From NCBI RefSeq assembly GCF_001194135.2, contig NC_069009.1:10096455-10140712 (forward strand): DNA of 44,258 nt, written 5' to 3'. The DNA is from Octopus bimaculoides. Its lineage: Eukaryota. The translations under genes and the position numbers were made by a program. A model generated the notes under the pieces. That model had not been told where the DNA came from. It saw nothing but the letters and a program-made list of their open reading frames with translations, and made no database searches. Of the stretch, positions 12,965 through 24,389 are shown piece by piece. Positions within the stretch are counted from its first letter, which is position 1. Each line of letters opens with the position of its first letter.

Positions 12965-13398
12965 GTAAACGAATTAGATAATGCGAGATGATGATGATGA
13001 TGATGATGATATGTGATGACATTGATTGATAATGACGAGGAAAGAAATGATGATATCATTAATTATAATGTCATTAATGATGATGTATGTGGTTGGTGTT
13101 GGTGTTGGTGATGATGTTGTAGTCCTGCTTACGATTCTGGATGATGATGACGTCAATGATGATGGTGGTAGTGATGATAAAGATAGTACTAATATGTATT
13201 AATGATGCTGATCATTGAGATGATGATGATGATGATAATGATGATGATGATGATGATGTAGTGAAACGTAAAAATTAGAAAGGTACGGAAGGATGTGTAA
13301 AAGAAGCAAAATGTCCTAGTGTATACCTTGATAAATAAGGTACAGATAAAGTAGAAGACAACAGAGAAACATGAGATAATGTATATATGTATATGCCA

Positions 13399-13439
<41 letters not shown>

Positions 13440-13580
13440 NNNNNNNNNNATATATATATATATATATATACATATAAATGTGTATATATATATATATATG
13501 TATATACATATGTATCTATATATATATATGTATTTTTATGCGTATATATATATATATATGTATATGTATATGTATATGTG
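12965..13580. repeat. Low-complexity (GAT)n-rich tract followed by (TA)n/(TG)n
   Basis: Direct inspection; paralogous tract at ~35757-36413. Confidence 0.92.
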
Positions 13581-13954
13581 CGCGCGTTTATGTGTATGGG
13601 GGATATTTGTATGTATTACGCTCTTTTATAAACCTCTTAATATAGATATATCGGCTTGAGGATGAAAGAAACAGTAAATAGATACAACGTCAAACTTACA
13701 TGGTTAGATACATTATGGTATGTGTAAGTGTTTGTGAGGTATACAAGTATATTTATGATTGTGTATATGTTTCGTTATGCATTCTTTATTTGTTGTCTTG
13801 TATTTTAGAAAAAGGTAAAGGGAGATGTTGTCAGAGAAAATTGGGAGTAAAATACAAAAACTGTCATTTACAAAACGGGAATTTCATGAAGTATACAAGT
13901 GAAAACATTTATTTGTCCTTGAGTCTGTATGTATATATGTATATTTATGTATAT

Positions 13955-14520
13955 TCCTGTCACCTTTCCTCATCTTTATTTTGATCTTTGCATGTTCCTT
14001 TCTCTACCTTTCAAATTCACTTTTACCTTCATACACAACGTTTTTTTTTATTTTTCTCGGCAATGCGCTAATTCTTCCCAGTTGTCAATTGGAACATGTA
14101 TCGTATTCAATCCTGACTTCATACAATCTTCGCAACTCATCTTTGGTTTCTGGGACGGACACTTACCAGTCACCATTTCTCCGTATAGAATTTTTAAAGC
14201 ATTCTGTTGTCTGTCATTCTTACTACGTATCCCCTCCATCTCAATCCGTACTGCATTAGCAATGATTCAATACCGAAGCATTTCCCTTTTTCGAACACCT
14301 CATCGTTACTCACAAACATTTTCCAGCTGATCCTCAAAATCCTTCTGAGACATTGCTGATGAATACCTCCCATAGGTTTTAATTGCTTACGATACACAGT
14401 CCAGGTTTGGCAAGCTTACAATAAGGAGGTTAAGATACATGTATTTTATACCTTAGTTTTTGGTGATATGGAATTACCATGTGTAGACCATAGACCATGT
14501 GTGGCCATTTTTGAAACCAG
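13955..14520 (-). mobile_element. RTE-clade LINE, post-RT part (inverted segment, left piece)
   Basis: ORFs 14194-14397 and 14048-14239: YRKQLKPMGGIHQQCLRRILRISWKMFVSNDEV...LRWRGYVVRM.DNR..KILYGEM..GK.PSQKPKM..EDCMK...WEELA, the RTE TW......FH.RCLR.IL.I.W...N.EV / LRW.GHV.RM signature. Confidence 0.85.
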
Positions 14521-15425
14521 TATTTATATCTACATTACGTTTCCATCAATTCCAACGCCATTCACATTTCACAGTTTCCCAAAATTCATCCTAGATGGTA
14601 AGTTTCTTGTAACAAGATCGTACCCAGTGCATGCAAAAATATTCTCTACGTGATTCAGACCCGCTTTTGAGTTGTCCAGAACGCGATATTCAATGAGATT
14701 TTTACGAACTATTTTCAGAATGATTTTGTGTGTCCAGGAGAGCTACTTCGTCGAAAAATTTACTTTGTTCCTGTTTTCAAGGAATTGCCCTGTTCTCGCT
14801 GGGAAATAATCGTATTCTATCGCCAATATTCTAGATATAGATGATTAAAGTCTCTCTGTTGGTCTCTCGGCTGTGATCGTCTTGTGGTTTCGACCTCACG
14901 TTGTGGCCGTCTAAAGCAGGTCCGAATCCTATTTACCGCAGCTCGGATAATATATTTTTGATACATTTTTTTCTCTTTTCATTGATTTTCTTAATATGCT
15001 GCAGTTTGATATCACAGAGACATCTATTTAAGGTATTTATATTACGTTTATGTATAATTTTAGGTTTCAAAGTTTTTCTAGTCGCGAGCTGATTCTGCTT
15101 TTGCATTGTGGGGCGGAATATTGCCTTGTTGAAAAATTACTTTGTTTTTGATTTCTCCAGGAAATTGTTTCTTCACGCTGGGAAGTAATCGTATCTCTAA
15201 CAATGTTAAGTATTCCAATGCAGTAATTGACTGTTTACGCCCTGTAAACACACTAATGGCTGCAGAGGAATATACCTCCCATGCTGGGATTCCACCTTGT
15301 CTAAAATTCATAGCTGTTGAAATAGACTCAGAGAGGAATCTTTTATCGGTTTTGTGAAGGCAACGTTTTGTGGTACCATTACAATGTTCAAATCTTGATT
15401 CGTCCACTGCAGAGGACCTCCTGAA
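14520..15425 (-). mobile_element. Two tandem Tc1/mariner-like DDE transposase fragments interrupting the RTE element
   Basis: ORF 15078-15449: AVDESRF...RQGG...EYLTLLEIRLLP...VIFQQGNIPPHNAK. A second copy (14754-14840 ~ 15132-15215) reads KVIFRRSSSPGHTKS... then GLNHVENIF, similar to SPDLNPIENLW. Absent from the paralogous RTE at 43640-43700. Confidence 0.6.
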
Positions 15426-15689
15426 ACCATTCTGAATGCGTAGTGACAATTCATGATCAAGATTCGCTGAAGTGTGCTCCCTAAGTAAACAAACTTAGAA
15501 ATGACAGCAAGTTTTCTTCCATACACGAAGATACCAGGTTCAATGTATGGCATTACGGATACTGGCTGCAATATGACAACAGTTTTGGTTAGAGTTATGG
15601 TAAAGCCTAATGCTTCACAAGCCATTAATATTGCATTCATAAGATTTTGCGTATTCTCCTCAGTATGAATGACAATAACACAATCATAT
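15425..15689 (-). mobile_element. RTE-clade LINE, RT domains 5-7 (inverted segment, right piece)
   Basis: YDCVIVIHTEENTQNLMNAILMACEALGFTITLTKTVVILQP...GRKLAVISKFVYLGSTL, matching RTE ADDC.L...LQ.L...AC..FGLTI..KKT.V / V..F.YLGS. Confidence 0.85.
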
Positions 15690-16133
15690 GAATTTGAAAG
15701 GACGAGAATGGAGCATGTAAAAATCAAACGTAAGATGTGAAAAAGTGGCAGGAGTAATGTTCTAACAAGCATTAATGAACGTGATGATTTTAGATGTGAT
15801 GAATGTGGAACAATTTGCCTGAGTAAGGCTCGGATATAGAGGCATATGAAATCACGCATTGCACAACCGCACATTGTTTATAGATGGACAAATGGTTTCG
15901 AATGCATAATCTATTATAAAGAATGCAGATAAAAAATTAGCTTGAAAAGACATAGTAAAGTTCATGGAGCTGTAAACTAAACAATCACCAAGTTTTCTTG
16001 CACTAATTGTCAAAAAGTATGCAAGTCATTCGCAGACCGCAAAAAGCCATATTCGTGTAGCCCATCGATTATATTCTAGGACATAAAAAAATCGAGCATT
16101 GGCTCTACTCGAACTCGAGTTGGCAACCAACAT
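15690..16133 (+). mobile_element. RTE-clade LINE 3' end in forward orientation, with three decayed C2H2-like motifs
   Basis: FERTRMEHVKIKRK...FRCDECGTICLSKARI*RHMKS...FECIIYYKECR*KISLKRHSKVHG...FSCTNCQKVCKSFAD(fs)KSHIRVAH. The first ~65 bp are homologous to the reverse complement of 13954-14018. Confidence 0.7.
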
Positions 16134-17649
16134 TATATTTATGTATATACATGTATGCACGCACGCACACACATACATGTGTATGTATGTTATCAATCAG
16201 TTCCATTTCTGTATTTCTTGTCCATAGAGAAAGAGCCGGACTCTAACATAGATTCAAGGCTCCTTCATTGGAACTTTTATCAACATCATCTAGGTATTTG
16301 TGCATATGTGTGTGTGTGCAGTATTTGGTGTTAGTGTATGCGCAGATTTGTATGTTTGTTATATGGATGCGTTTTTATGTCTAGATGTATGCATATGTAT
16401 TTATGTGCTAAATTTTTGGAAAGTTTTACATATCTTTACAGTTCCATTGATGGCTTGAATCTGTAGGCTTCTAATCAGCCTTTTTCTTTCAGGTTTTGAG
16501 ANNNNNNNNNNNNNNNNNNNNNNNNNNNNNNNNNNNNNNNNNNNNNNNNNNNNNNNNNNNNNNNNNNNNNNNNNNNNNNNNNNNNNNNNNNNNNNNNNNN
16601 NNNNNNNNNNNNNNNNNNNNNNNNNNNNNNNNNNNNNNNNNNNNNNNNNNNNNNNNNNNNNNNNNNNNNNNNNNNNNNNNNNNNNNNNNNNNNNNNNNNN
16701 NNNNNNNNNNNNNNNNNNNNNNNNNNNNNNNNNNNNNNNNNNNNNNNNNNNNNNNNNNNNNNNNNNNNNNNNNNNNNNNNNNNNNNNNNNNNNNNNNNNN
16801 NNNNNNNNNNNNNNNNNNNNNNNNNNNNNNNNNNNNNNNNNNNNNNNNNNNNNNNNNNNNNNNNNNNNNNNNNNNNNNNNNNNNNNNNNNNNNNNNNNNN
16901 NNNNNNNNNNNNNNNNNNNNNNNNNNNNNNNNNNNNNNNNNNNNNNNNNNNNNNNNNNNNNNNNNNNNNNNNNNNNNNNNNNNNNNNNNNNNNNNNNNNN
17001 NNNNNNNNNNNNNNNNNNNNNNNNNNNNNNNNNNNNNNNNNNNNNNNNNNNNNNNNNNNNNNNNNNNNNNNNNNNNNNNNNNNNNNNNNNNNNNNNNNNN
17101 NNNNNNNNNNNNNNNNNNNNNNNNNNNNNNNNNNNNNNNNNNNNNNNNNNNNNNNNNNNNNNNNNNNNNNNNNNNNNNNNNNNNNNNNNNNNNNNNNNNN
17201 NNNNNNNNNNNNNNNNNNNNNNNNNNNNNNNNNNNNNNNNNNNNNNNNNNNNNNNNNNNNNNNNNNNNNNNNNNNNNNNNNNNNNNNNNNNNNNNNNNNN
17301 NNNNNNNNNNNNNNNNNNNNNNNNNNNNNNNNNNNNNNNNNNNNNTATATATATATAATGTTAAATCTCTGAACGAGGTATAAACAGTAACATTCACTCG
17401 TAGTATTTAGGCGCATTTAAGTGGCAAATATACTTCACATTATCTACATATATTATTTATTTAGGCTTCAGTACGCAAATTTATACCAAAGAGGAAAACT
17501 GTAACCATTATTTAAAATGATTTGTGCCTGTCACTACCTATGTATAAAGTATGTGTTTTGAATGCAGCATAAGAGAGTTTAAATCTTATTTCAAGCAATG
17601 TAAGTATTTCTAACACCATCAGCCCGGTTTAATGAACTCTGTGGCGTAG

Positions 17650-17870
17650 ACATATATGCTGGGAGGGATCATCGTCTGGGAACGGCAGAGTCGAGCCGAT
17701 CCCACTGAAAAGGCTGTGGCAAAAGCCGGAACTGACCGATCAGATTGGAAATATCTGGACGCATCAATTGTCGAAGGGATCGCAGAACAACATGACAGGA
17801 GGTGTTTTGTTCAAGAACATAACGCACCACCCAATATGGTATTTGAAATTGCGATCTCGCAATGGTGAAT
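17650..17870 (+). mobile_element. Possible Tc1/mariner transposase remnant
   Basis: ORF 17656-17868 MLGGIIVWE...KYLDASIVEG...CFVQEHNAPPN resembles (M)VWGGI...Y..IL...FQQDNAPPH. Weak similarity only. Confidence 0.35.
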
Positions 17871-18569
17871 CCAACACCCTTATCACTAGACCACACACAA
17901 TCACCCCCGCCTAACACCCACACATTAACATTCACACACACGCACACACACACATTTATATTTCTGCATGTATCTATATGTGTTTGTATAGTGCACAAGA
18001 TGTTCAGGTCCTCATAATCATTTTAAATACTATTTCAAAAGGAAAGTGAGTATTGAGATGGATGTGCTGCTCAACATCCAATTAAATTTGTTGGCAGATG
18101 CTTGAGTGTGGTTTGGAAGTTAGTTAACTTAGTAAATATAATCTGTGTTGTACGGTAGGAAATAAAGCAGTGGTGATTGTACTCCTGGTGAAAGAAATGG
18201 CTCGAGATATGTGGGCTTCCTTTTTTACCGTTAGATTGAGTTTCCCCGCTATTGGGGTATTTTGGTAGTCTTTTTATTATTATTTACACAGTTTAATACA
18301 AATATCCATAATCCGCTGTTTATGTATTGTCGTTAATATTTTGCAGTCCATTTGGACAGTAAACATGGAAACATTCTTCTTCTTCCTCTTCTTCTTCTTC
18401 TTCTTTTTCATTTTCTTCTTCTTCTTGCAGAGACCGTTTTAGATTTATAGAACTAGTTAAAGGAATCATCCTGCTCAATCTTCCATAACCATTGATGATT
18501 AACCCCATGACTTCAGAATCGATTTAATTTTGTAAAGAAATAATGACTGATTGTTTAAAAATAGCGGAG

Positions 18570-19000
18570 GAACTAATTAGTGACCTACAAGAGCTGATGC
18601 GGCTGACGTGCTAGCGGTAAGAATGACCATTGAATGAGTTTTATGACAGAGCTCACTATCTAGTTCGTTCGGTAGGCCCAAGAGCGGAGCTGCAACACGT
18701 CAAGAAACTGCAGTTTCTTCTCTGATGAATCAGTAGGAGCGTGTATTAATTCATTTGAAGTAGGTATTTGTAGCTTTTCTAGGGCACTTTCTTTAAATGT
18801 TCATCGAGGATAGTGGACCCTGGATGGTTATGGACTTTACCGTCTAATTGGACGCCTTGCTGCAATATTTGAATGAAGTAGTGCAGTTATGCAAAAGGCT
18901 GATAACTGATGAAATTGTAGTTCGATGACTGGATGTACGAGGTAGATGTTAAATCATTTATTTTTATATGTCAGACACAACTTTAATTCCCTTGGCACAT
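18570..19000 (-). mobile_element. Possible heavily decayed Penelope-like RT remnant
   Basis: Minus-strand pieces FKYCSKA..., QGPLSS, EKKLQFLDVL.LRS and ELCHKTHS lie in the order expected for Penelope RT (F.F....Y.Q..G..MGSPLS / LPFLDV / LY.KPT) but need several frameshifts. Confidence 0.3.
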
Positions 19001-20299
19001 CTCTGCTGCAATAGGGAGGAGAAGAGGAGATATCTAAGCCCTATTAAAAGAGGTGTTGTGATGCAGTTGTTAAATAAGTAGAACGGGGGTAATGTTTTAA
19101 AAATGTAAGGACAGTAATTCTACCCAAAGCAGTGTTGGCAATTCTGGACCAGGTGTGAAGTAACAGATTTGCACGTGTTGTGGAAGTTCTGCTAGGCGAG
19201 ACTCAAATATAAGCCTTGTCAAACAAATCTATGAATTACAACTTGNNNNNNNNNNCGGCTGTCCCAAATTACATCGGTTTCAGTTCAATCTTCATTCACT
19301 CGATCACTGCCATTTTCTGTAAACTTTTCCCGGTAGTCACAGTAAATGTCCACCTGGTACACAATAAAATGTGGTGCCTCAGAGTATGGCAATAAATAGT
19401 GTTGAGGGTGAGCGATGAAAGAATTGAATGGTGGGAAATGGGTTGAAATGGAGTTGAAGTAAGTGGTAGCGTCAATGCAGGAAGAGAAAGAAGCAGAGAG
19501 AGATAGAGAAAGAGAGAGACAGATAGATAGGAAATTATGGCACTGGTAACACACACATACACTGGTAACGCACACATACACACAGAAAGACGTATATATA
19601 TATATGTATATATATATGAACAGAGATTAAATTTAACAGGTCATTTTATTCCCACCAGTCAGTTTTGGGAATTCCGCAAAAAAGGTAGGTTAAAACTTCT
19701 ATCATTGATACAAAGGCTTTTGCATCTGAGAAGATTCACTGAATATTTTTGTTTCTTTTTGAGCATATTTTCTGAAAATTTATACTGAAATCTTTCTGAA
19801 GAAATTGTTGAAAAAATTTGCTTGAACTGAAATATTTTCGTGTTTGATTCGTCAATATTCAGAGGAAAATTTCAAATTTGGTTTTTAACCCGCTATCGAC
19901 GATAAACTGTCACCAACGTACTGGCGGAAAACTCGGATCTTTTGAATTAAAAAAAATTGTTTCCGGGTAATATTGTAAACATTAACCCACGTTTTAAGAT
20001 TTTGCCGAGTGATACTTATTTACAGTTACATGTGAGTAACGTTTCAATAGCTTTTCAACGTGTTCTTTATACTTTTTACTGTTCTTCTTTCATTAAATCC
20101 TATTTGTGAGTCTCAGATAAAAAAACAATATGTATGTGAATGCGCACACGCGTGTAAATATGTATGTGAATGTTTGTGAGAAAGTTTGGTTATTTTTATA
20201 CCTCACGCTGTGTAAATAAGATACAAATATTGTCATCATGTACAATCGCCTGTCTCACTATACTATTCTATTTAAATAATAAATATTTAATTCAAATTT

Positions 20300-23200
20300 G
20301 TCCATGGAAGAAGACCGTTCTAATCATAGAAGAACTGCAAAATGTTTGAGTCAGCAACTACGAAGATTGAGACAAACTCAAGAACAGTAAGTAGAGCATC
20401 GTAAAAGGAACACAGAAAGACGGCGTCAGCTCCGTTTAGCGCCGTCACGGGAGCGAAGAAATCAAATTTTAGAACAAGATGCTGCTCAGCATAGAAATGC
20501 AAGACAAGAACGACCACAAGAACAACGTGAACAGATTTTAGAACAAAATGCAACACAACAAAGAAGACGTCGGCAAATCAATAATAGGATGACTCTTAAT
20601 ATAGTTCAACAATATGATATAGATGGACGTCTACAGGTTCCCTTTGACGTCGCTCGCCATAGTTGCAGCTTCATGGAAGTGCGTTGCCACTACTAAAATA
20701 CTTTGATGTTTGTTGGAGAGAGTACAGGAGGAACAATGAACAATCCCAGTTGTTTTATATGCTGTAAATCAGTAATAATAAAAATTGCAAAATATCTTCG
20801 AGTTACGAACGAAGTTGCTTATCTCTTGCTTTCTAATGCGACGAACTGCCAGAAACGTTAGCACTCTGGGTGAAGTGCTATGCATTATTTATTTCGTCTG
20901 CCTTTACATTCTGAGTTGAAATTCTATGGAGTTCGACTTTGCCTTTCATATTTTCGGGGTCGATACATTAAACACCAGTTACGCACTGGAGTCGATCTAA
21001 TCGACAAGCCCCACCCCCAAAACATTTCGGGCCTTGTACCTCCTGTAGCAAATGTAATATTCGAAGGTTCAACAGCGCAATGGCAATGTGTTCTATGAAA
21101 GTAGATGACACTTCAATACTGAGAGGAATTACAAATTACAGAATACATGGAATTGTTTATAGATTTATTGGAGCTCCCAGAAACCAAATAGGAACAGTCC
21201 GGTATAGCTTACAAACGTATTTCTATGGTCATGAAGAACAAATAAGTAAACGAATTCAAAGAATGCCTCTTAACAATGCAAACCAAGCTTTCGATGTCAA
21301 CATATTTCGAAAAATTCATTCTGCTATAATATGTGCTGGAAAAATTTACAATCATTTCTATCCGTGCAGAAGCAAACTGAGGCTGGAAATATTCCTGCTG
21401 ATGTGTCAGTAGGTTTACATGCGGATAAAACGCCTTACGGGGAACACTTCTAATGAACTTGCTAAATAATCTTGATGAGAAAACGAATTGTTCAGAACGA
21501 ATGGTCGTAACACAATTCAGAGCAGAGAATAACAAAAAATATTTACAAAACTGTTCAGTGACTCGCATCGATCATATGGCACAATGATATACCCATGTTT
21601 CTTTTCCTTGTGGCCTAGATGGTTAGTACCTTGGATTAATGAAGGAAAATGTCAACTGTCAAATTTTAATAGTTCAATTTTACTGTTATCGCAACATGAA
21701 AAGGACAGGATCTACAAATATANNNNNNNNNNNNNNNNNNNNNNNNNNNNNNNNNNNNNNNNNNNNNNNNNNNNNNNNNNNNNNNNNNNNNNNNNNNNNN
21801 NNNNNNNNNNNNNNNNNNNNNNNNNNNNNNNNNNNNNNNNNNNNNNNNNNNNNNNNNNNNNNNNNNNNNNNNNNNNNNNNNNNNNNNNNNNNNNNNNNNN
21901 NNNNNNNCGTACAGGTAGTAGATATATATTGTCAAGTTTATTTACAGGAAGTCCGCGATATATGGCAAATCACTACCAGGATGTAATGGCCATAGTTAGA
22001 ATGTTTGGCAAAACTACTGTGTTTCTGACGTTTACATGCAACTCCAAATGGTATGAAATAGTTAAATAGCTTTCTGTGGGCCAGACTGCAGTTTGCGCGA
22101 CAAGATATCACTGTAAGCGTATTCAAATTAAAGGAACGCCAACTATTGCACGTATCAAATCAGGAGTCCTTGGTAAACTTATTGCTCATTTGAACGCAGT
22201 GGAATTTCAAACAGGAGGATTATCACATTTTTTTATTCATAATACAAAATCATCACAATACATGGCAAGAAATAGATAACATTGTTAGAGCTGAACATTC
22301 TAATCCCGATAAACCCCATTAACGTCACATCTTTATTCCTCAATGAAGAAACACATGATACATGGACCCTGCGGAAAAGATAATTTAAATTCTCCCTGGA
22401 GCGTCGGAGGCTTGTTGGAGATTAGTTGTGCTTCCAATTCAGCATAGGCAGCCTAATTTTGAATGCTTGTCGATACACTTACCAGATCATCAGATCAAAG
22501 TGTTTAATTCGAATCATGCACGAGAAGCTGTAGCAACATATCGATCGATTAAATTGAAAGTATATTTCAATATGAATGAAGATGATCCCCTAGCAAAAGA
22601 TATCCACAAAATTATACTTGGTGTAACAATAATAAAATTTGGAAGAGAAGAGTGAGACAACATGACGATATTCCAGAAGCAATTGGTAGAGTGTACGCAG
22701 TACACCCATCGCAAGGGGATCTATTCTATCTTAGATTATTACTCCAACATAACTCGGTAGCGACAAGCTTTGAAAATTTAATCACAATTAACAGTGCTGT
22801 TTGCAAAAATTTTAAGTACGCATGTCATATGATGAATCAATTAGAAAATGATCAAGAAAGAGAACTTTGTCTCAATGAGGCATGAACAATATGTTCAGCG
22901 AATGATTTACGAAATTTGTTTGTCAGTATTCTGCAATTTAGCTCTCCCGCCAAACCACTAGAATTATACTTGTTTCGCGAAGAACTTTGCAAAGATTATT
23001 TCCATCAAATGAGACAACACAATTTTTCTCATGAAGCAGCTTTGGATATTGATCTGAATGAAATACTGTATGAATTGGATGATCGCATGGGCCAGCCTGA
23101 CCGTAGTACAATATTTTGGGGATTGCCTGCTGCTATTCATGATCTCCAAATGAATAATGTTCTACTTCATGAAGAAACGAAAACTGAACGATATAATGAA

Positions 23201-24386
23201 CATCGGTTTGATATTGGCGGCACATTTTAATTTTAGGTGGTGATTTCCGTCAAATTCTTCCAGTGGTTAGAAGAACACAAAGGTGTAGTTTAATTGCATG
23301 TTTGAAAAAATTCCGTAATTTGGCACGAATGCGAAGTACTTCATCTCACCACTAACATGTGAGTGCAAAACTGCCTGGTCAATAATCATACCTCCCATCA
23401 ATATCGACTAGAATATCATTCTGTTTGTTTATTGTACATTGGTGATGGAAGAATCCCCAATGTTCAAAGAAAATTATATGAAGATGCAATAGAGATTCCT
23501 CAGCAATTTCAAGCCAATAGCAAGGAGAATTTGATCAACCATGTTTATAAAGATTTAGAGGTTAATTTTATCAAAGTTAACAATCAATCTAAATAACCAC
23601 ATAATCCACAAATTTCCAGGTGTGACATATACTCTGAGGAGTGTTGTTTCCGTTGTAGAAATCAACAATCTGCCCTCTGCTCTCCTGAATTTGTGAATTC
23701 TCATAATATAAGTGACTTGCCCCCTCATATTATCAAATTAAAACCAGGTGTTCCTATAATGTTGCTAAGAAGCTTAGGTCAGAGAAATGGACACTGCAAC
23801 GGTGCACGTTATAGAGTGTTATCGGTGTCGGATAATATGATCACTGCAAGTAAAATAACTGGTGTTGATGCAGGACGAACACTTTTGATTCCCCGCATTA
23901 TTCTGCAACTATCTGATACCGATTTCCTCTTTACTTTGAAATGACAGCAATTTCCAGTGAGACCTTCTTTCGTGATGTCTATAAGCTCGAGTCAAAGACA
24001 AAGCTTTTCTAATTGTTGCATCTACATGCCTGCGCCCGTATTTATTCGTGATCAGTTATATGTCGCGCTCAATAGAGTTGGCGATCCAGTGAATCTTAAA
24101 ATATTTGCTAATCAAAAAGAATTTATCAGACCAGGAACAAGTAGACGTCATAATGAAAATGTAATAAGACTTAAACGTAATGTTGTCTACACAGAAATAG
24201 TGTAAATATTGATATGCTGCCTATGTCAAAAGTACAGATTTGCTTGATATTTTCTTTGTTATATTCTAACTGATTTTGTAAAGTGCTTTATTTCTTTTGT
24301 GTATTTCTCAAACAATTGTTGAATTAACTGAAATGCTATTTTAAATATAGCATTGATTTGTTCCCTATTAACGGGTCATGTGCTAG
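20300..24386 (+). mobile_element. Helitron 1: decayed Rep-Pif1 helicase (RepHel) element with intact 3' CTAG end
   Basis: N-terminal R/Q/E-rich repeats; RCHY*NTLMF...CFICC; YRIHGIVYRFIG; GSPRYMANHYQDVMAIVRMFGKTTVFLTFTCNSKW; VEFQTGGLSH (HUH remnant); HGPC; ASEACWR; GRVYAVHPSQGDLFYLRLLL; GGDFRQILPVV; LKPGVPIMLLRSL..NG.CNG.R; QFPVR..F.MSI..SQ.QSF; QLYVALNRV; NVVYTEIV* (24205); CCC..GGG weak hairpin then CTAG at 24383-24386 followed by T. Confidence 0.92.
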
Positions 24387-24389
24387 TAA

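Larger units (their letters stand above)
8865..18309 (+). repeat. Segmental duplication copy 1 (paralog of ~33414-44258)
   Basis: Collinear shared blocks: 8865-10990 ~ 33414-35400; 12620-13380 ~ 35400-36090; 13620-14160 ~ 38828-39367; 14270-14500 ~ 43100-43650; 15430-15449 and 15963-16003 ~ 43689-43752; 17880-18309 ~ 43822-44258. Confidence 0.9.

Noticed and set aside
15785-16070. Host C2H2 zinc-finger gene
   Set aside because: It contains stops and a frameshift, has no TGEKP linkers, is contiguous with RTE sequence and lies inside the candidate TSD; treated as a LINE tail.
16190-16500. Segment I recall as a common Penelope-associated repeat
   Set aside because: No coding motif or structural hallmark is visible here and it runs into a gap; recollection alone is insufficient.
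16475-17416. Long ORFs of 250-400 aa here and at 5811-7004 and 36286-37249
   Set aside because: Their length comes from runs of N; only the Tx1 part of 5811-7004 has real coding signal.
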